The translations under genes and the position numbers were made by a program. Shown here one piece after another: positions 60,130-64,000 of a DNA stretch of 64,000 nucleotides. How positions within the stretch are numbered: the first letter of the stretch is position 1; every line of letters starts with the position of its first letter. The notes under the pieces were generated by a model, which was given only the letters and a program-made list of their open reading frames with translations, did not search any database and was not told the origin of the DNA. The stretch is from a virus (lineage: Duplodnaviria; Caudoviricetes). Location: positions 698 to 64,697 of the IMG/VR virus record IMGVR_UViG_3300027733_000056. The stretch is one strand, 5' to 3'.

Positions 60130-62472
60130 TCACCTACGTCCGTCAGGTCTGAGGTCAATTCTAGGAGCGCCAAGCTGCCACTGTACGCCTATGGTGTTAG
60201 AGGTAATCTTCATCTGCATCTGCCGCCCACGAATACGGATGTAAAGCTGTCCCGTAAACTCATCTACGTTAATTACAGAAGGTGCAGGCCCGCTATTCAC
60301 CACATTGGCATTGCCCGTCTGCGTAACCCCGGAGCCTGAGTTGTTTAAACCCTGTAGGTACATGGTGACTTGCGGGGTTGTGCCAGAAGTTGATCCACGG
60401 AACGTTAGGTCAGGAATCATGCGGTACACAAAGGCAAAATTATTTCCGTCCCCAATGTCGTATTGAGAGGAAGTAATGGACGCTTCAATAGGCAGTGTAG
60501 TGCCTGTTTCGTTATCGTCTACGCCATCTTCATGGTTAACAATGTTATAGCTGTAAGTAGCCGCAAGTGGAAAGTTTCTTAGCCCGGTATCTAGCCAAGC
60601 TGTGCGCGCCATTGAGCCATACTGCCAGATGTCTTCTGCGTAGTTATAAATAACGTACTTATCAATGGTTGTGCTTGAGGATGAGCAGTAGAACCACCAG
60701 ACTTCGTTAAAGCCTTCGTTGGTACTACCAAATATCTGGTCATATTGCGAGGCGTTAATGTCGCTGTAAACATATTGGCGCAGATCACAACGCAAGGTTT
60801 GAACCCGCCCATCGTATTTATAGAACTTGTCTATGCCCATCCAGTAGGTAATGCCAGAAGCCATAGCCGCTGCGTTGGGGCCAGCAATGGAAACATTGTC
60901 TGCAAGAAGCTGAGAACCCCACACATAGGGCGGGCCAAGGTACTGGAGTGAATAGATGGCTTGGTCAGTCCACACCAAAATCTCTTGGCGGCTTTGCAGG
61001 GTAGTAACAATTTTGGAACCATGCGACAGGCGAACACTACCGGCTTGATTGGTCACCGCTGGGAACCATGTAGTCAAGGACTCTTGATCTGACCAGCGAA
61101 TCAACATGGGATCAAGGATGGAACTGCCGTAGTCATTTGTACCAAACACAATCACAAACCGGCTGGCATCGGAAATATTAAATGTGTTTTGGAATAAAGG
61201 CGTGTAGCCATCTGCCCCTGATAGAGAAGACAGCAACATGCCGCGCACAGAAATGTTTTGCGTGCCTGACTGAGTGCCGGATGTGTTTAGGGTTGTTGAT
61301 AACGTGTAAGTAAGGCCGGTTGGCGTACCTGCCGTGGTTGTGACCCCTGAACCACCAGCGGTGGTGGATAAAGTAAATGTTGTAGAACCGTTAGTGGCAA
61401 TGATGTAATACGTTGTTGGATTGACGTACCCCGTAATAGACCCTGTACCGCCGTATGCGCCACTGAGTACTAACGACTGACCAACCGCCAAAGTAAGACT
61501 TGCGGTGGTGCAGCTAAACTGACCCGCCACTCCGGTAATAACTACACTTGATAGCGTTGCACTTGAAGTAGCAGATGTTGCCAAATTAAATGTAACGCCG
61601 CTGGTATTTGCAACGTAGTACGTTATCCCCGGTATTAAGCCCGTTGGCAAAGCCCCGGTTGTAGTTAGGGTAAGGGGAGTTCCGTTTACCAGCGTTACAG
61701 AGGTAGCGGTAACCACACATGGGGACGCAATGGTTAAAGTAATTTCAGGCTGACGGTAGCCAATAGCTGCATCCCAGTAATACAGCGGCGCTCCACGGGG
61801 GCCGTAAACTAGGTTCTGCCCCCAATTAACTTGGTTCCAGATACGCAATGCATCAGTAGCGGAAACCCCAAGACCCCATGTTCCAGAACCCCAAGTACTT
61901 GCACCCCAGCCACTTAAAGGTGTTGAATAAGACGGGCCAGTATTAACTTGGTAGACAGCATAGACTGTTCCACCACCAGTAGCCGCAGTAGCTGCTGAAG
62001 CGATTGTGATGGTGTAAGAATTAGCGTTAATTCTGGTAAGTTGGTATTCACCAGTAATAAGCTGCCCACCTACAGATGTGCCGCCATAGTAGGTAACGTA
62101 GTCACCATTAAGAAAACCACCAGCGGTATGGGTTACTGTAACGGTGGTTGTCCCGTTTGTAGTGAACGGGTTGGTCAGGGTGTACTCACCCCGAATAGGG
62201 GTAATGTCGTAGTACGCCCCGCCGTTTTCAATGTAGAACTTTAAGTTTGTGCCAACGCCAAGCAGGTTTTGGGAGGTTAGGGTTACCCAGTTCCAAAGGG
62301 AACGACATACCCCAAGAAAAGTATTACCTGAAATGCGTTGCCATCCGCCAACTTTCTCAGGCGTGCCTTGACGGAACCGTACTTTATCGGACTCATACCA
62401 ACCACCTTCATTGGTATACCGAGTGTTTTCCCGGTTAACCCCCGGCTTGAGTTGAAGCTTTTGTAAAGGCAT
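60130..62472 (-). CDS. Tail hub / stabilization protein of phage B with inserted Thr-rich modules
   Basis: PGVNRE.T.Y..EGGW...DKVRFR.G.PEK.GGW, IRWSDQE and W.LG.PRID...DGRR motifs. Confidence 0.75.
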   Translation of the reverse strand: MPLQKLQLKPGVNRENTRYTNEGGWYESDKVRFRQGTPEKVGGWQRISGNTFLGVCRSLWNWVTLTSQNLLGVGTNLKFYIENGGAYYDITPIRGEYTLTNPFTTNGTTTVTVTHTAGGFLNGDYVTYYGGTSVGGQLITGEYQLTRINANSYTITIASAATAATGGGTVYAVYQVNTGPSYSTPLSGWGASTWGSGTWGLGVSATDALRIWNQVNWGQNLVYGPRGAPLYYWDAAIGYRQPEITLTIASPCVVTATSVTLVNGTPLTLTTTGALPTGLIPGITYYVANTSGVTFNLATSATSSATLSSVVITGVAGQFSCTTASLTLAVGQSLVLSGAYGGTGSITGYVNPTTYYIIATNGSTTFTLSTTAGGSGVTTTAGTPTGLTYTLSTTLNTSGTQSGTQNISVRGMLLSSLSGADGYTPLFQNTFNISDASRFVIVFGTNDYGSSILDPMLIRWSDQESLTTWFPAVTNQAGSVRLSHGSKIVTTLQSRQEILVWTDQAIYSLQYLGPPYVWGSQLLADNVSIAGPNAAAMASGITYWMGIDKFYKYDGRVQTLRCDLRQYVYSDINASQYDQIFGSTNEGFNEVWWFYCSSSSTTIDKYVIYNYAEDIWQYGSMARTAWLDTGLRNFPLAATYSYNIVNHEDGVDDNETGTTLPIEASITSSQYDIGDGNNFAFVYRMIPDLTFRGSTSGTTPQVTMYLQGLNNSGSGVTQTGNANVVNSGPAPSVINVDEFTGQLYIRIRGRQMQMKITSNTIGVQWQLGAPRIDLRPDGRR

Positions 62473-62475
62473 CGG

Positions 62476-62952
62476 TCATCCTAAAAATAGGGCACGTTCA
62501 TCAATGCGGCGGTTTTGCAACCCTTTAAGGATTTTACCCCCGCCCATGCAATACTTCAAGAATTCTTCAGCAGCGCCCGCTTTATCCCCGCGAAGTAGTT
62601 TCTGGCGAAGCGTTGAACGTTGGAGTGTTCCCAAACCGCAGTTAAATGAAAAGCTAGTAAGGCCATCAAACATACCCTGTGTAAGAGGGACAGGGCAGAA
62701 TCGTTCCACGCCAAGCTCAAAACGCTGTAGGTCTGCTGCAAGAATTCCATTGACTTCCTCCATGCTGAACTTACGATCATCCTCTAGGCGCAGGGGAAAG
62801 GCATCGCGCTCCTCTAGCTTTAAACGCCCTTGTTCTGCATAGATTACATGCCCGACTCCAACAGTCCAAAGGCGTGCGGGGCATCGGTATGGGCGTTGGC
62901 GTACACCTTCATGGTGGCGGATGACTCCAAGGGCTTTATCAGAGACTTTCAT
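62476..62952 (-). CDS. Lysozyme, GH24 family
   Basis: HEG.R..PY.C.A..WT.G.GH, FD.L.SF.FN.G and GL..RR..E..LF motifs. Confidence 0.92.
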   Translation of the reverse strand: MKVSDKALGVIRHHEGVRQRPYRCPARLWTVGVGHVIYAEQGRLKLEERDAFPLRLEDDRKFSMEEVNGILAADLQRFELGVERFCPVPLTQGMFDGLTSFSFNCGLGTLQRSTLRQKLLRGDKAGAAEEFLKYCMGGGKILKGLQNRRIDERALFLG

Positions 62953-63101
62953 TTCTTCACCGTCTGAACGCAGCCTACCTTGTACCCCAGATCGCGCCAG
63001 TCCTTTGCCGCTTTTTGGCAAGCGGCCTCGTACTCAAAGTAGCCAACAACTAGGATTGAGTTCATATTAATGCCTGTGACCAACACAAGTGTCCAAATCA
63101 T
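62949..63101 (-). CDS. 50-aa membrane or secreted peptide with two Cys
   Basis: ATGA-coupled between holin-like gene and lysozyme. Confidence 0.55.
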   Translation of the reverse strand: MIWTLVLVTGINMNSILVVGYFEYEAACQKAAKDWRDLGYKVGCVQTVKK

Positions 63102-63613
63102 TTGCCAAACGCTCGGCCCCCGAAATGGAACGCGATTATGCTTGCAAACAAGGCTTGGGTATTGCTGTTCCACAGCTTCTCAGCAAGATCAGGGAATGCA
63201 ACGCCGTTGTTGTAGCCGTAGATAAACAGGCCAACATCCACAAACACCAGCAACAAAAAGAAGCCTAAAGTGATAAAGCTACGCACACCGGCCCGCAGGT
63301 TCTTCATCCACTGGCTTGTGCCATCGTTTAAACTTTCATCGTGCTTGTATATAGCGTTCATCTCAGCAGTCTGGGCGTTGACCAGATTCTCATTGGCCTT
63401 GGCGTTGGTTTCCATCTCAAGCTGGGCGCTGTGTATTTGCTCCACCCGCTCCTGCGCTTCAAAACCTGCCTTGCGAAGTTCCAATTCGCGCTCAATCTGC
63501 ATGGCGGCCAGCGCCAGCTCGTGCTTCTTGTCATTGCGGTCCTGGAAGAAGTCCAGCAGCTTGGGCAAGCCGCCCATCAGGAAAGAGATCAGAGTAGAAA
63601 GAATAGTCAGCAT
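63098..63613 (-). CDS. Holin-like membrane protein
   Basis: N- and C-terminal TM segments, LRA.VR..IT and F.FG.R.F motifs; next to lysozyme. Confidence 0.7.
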   Translation of the reverse strand: MLTILSTLISFLMGGLPKLLDFFQDRNDKKHELALAAMQIERELELRKAGFEAQERVEQIHSAQLEMETNAKANENLVNAQTAEMNAIYKHDESLNDGTSQWMKNLRAGVRSFITLGFFLLLVFVDVGLFIYGYNNGVAFPDLAEKLWNSNTQALFASIIAFHFGGRAFGK

Positions 63614-64000
63614 TTATTTCCCCAAAAGTAGCGTTGTCCACCAAAAACAAAGACCTAGCAACAGTAGTGCAAGCGCACCTCCAATTAGCCAGGTCAACAA
63701 TTCTTCTATGTCTGCCTTGCGTTTCTTAGCGTGATTCGCTGCCAATATTTCCTCTACCTTACGCTGCTTGATGATGTTGTTGCGCTCTACCATCAACTGC
63801 TGCCACAGGTCTGCGTTACCGGACATCACCATGTAATTGTTCAGCTCCCTCTCAGCATCAGCCAACTGCTTGGCCTGCATGACTATCTCAAACGCTTGCG
63901 CCGTATCCGACTTTGCAAAACTACTCTTAGGCTTGGACGCTTCCCTCTGGACAATGTCCTTTGCCTCGAAAAACTTCATCATCTCCCCGCCAATGGCGTG
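63614..64000 (-). CDS. Coiled-coil protein with C-terminal TM (5' end outside window)
   Basis: Frame stays open to the window edge. Confidence 0.65.
   Translation of the reverse strand, partial: HAIGGEMMKFFEAKDIVQREASKPKSSFAKSDTAQAFEIVMQAKQLADAERELNNYMVMSGNADLWQQLMVERNNIIKQRKVEEILAANHAKKRKADIEELLTWLIGGALALLLLGLCFWWTTLLLGK

Overview
The window is entirely tailed-phage DNA and looks like two different podovirus-type genomes joined at about 32-33.5 kb. No bacterial housekeeping genes, tRNAs, CRISPR array or integrase were seen. Phage A (1 to ~33 kb) appears nearly complete. Its minus-strand late operon holds lysis genes, three ejection proteins, P22 gp10/gp4-like tail proteins, tail fibres, a P22-type coat, scaffold, portal and both terminase subunits, then a ParB / glycosyltransferase / TET-JBP dioxygenase cassette and GroES. 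It also has a lambdoid replication block (DUF1376 initiator with iterons, NinB, Cro-like gene) and a divergent early operon (DUF932, ERF, YqaJ). Phage B (~33 to >64 kb, partial) has a plus-strand replication module (PolA, Cas4-like nuclease, SNF2 helicase, primase-DUF927). This converges on a minus-strand virion module with a 2975-aa LPD38-type protein, its own ejection and tail proteins and a second lysis cassette. The strongest candidate for an under-described system is the packaging-linked TET/JBP plus glycosyltransferase cassette with no visible cytosine methyltransferase, which could make a base-J-like modification. Other leads are a connector-flanked micro-gene array, repeated leader/hairpin cassettes in the early operon and two candidate structured RNAs. 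All functional calls come from motif recognition by eye; no database searches were run.
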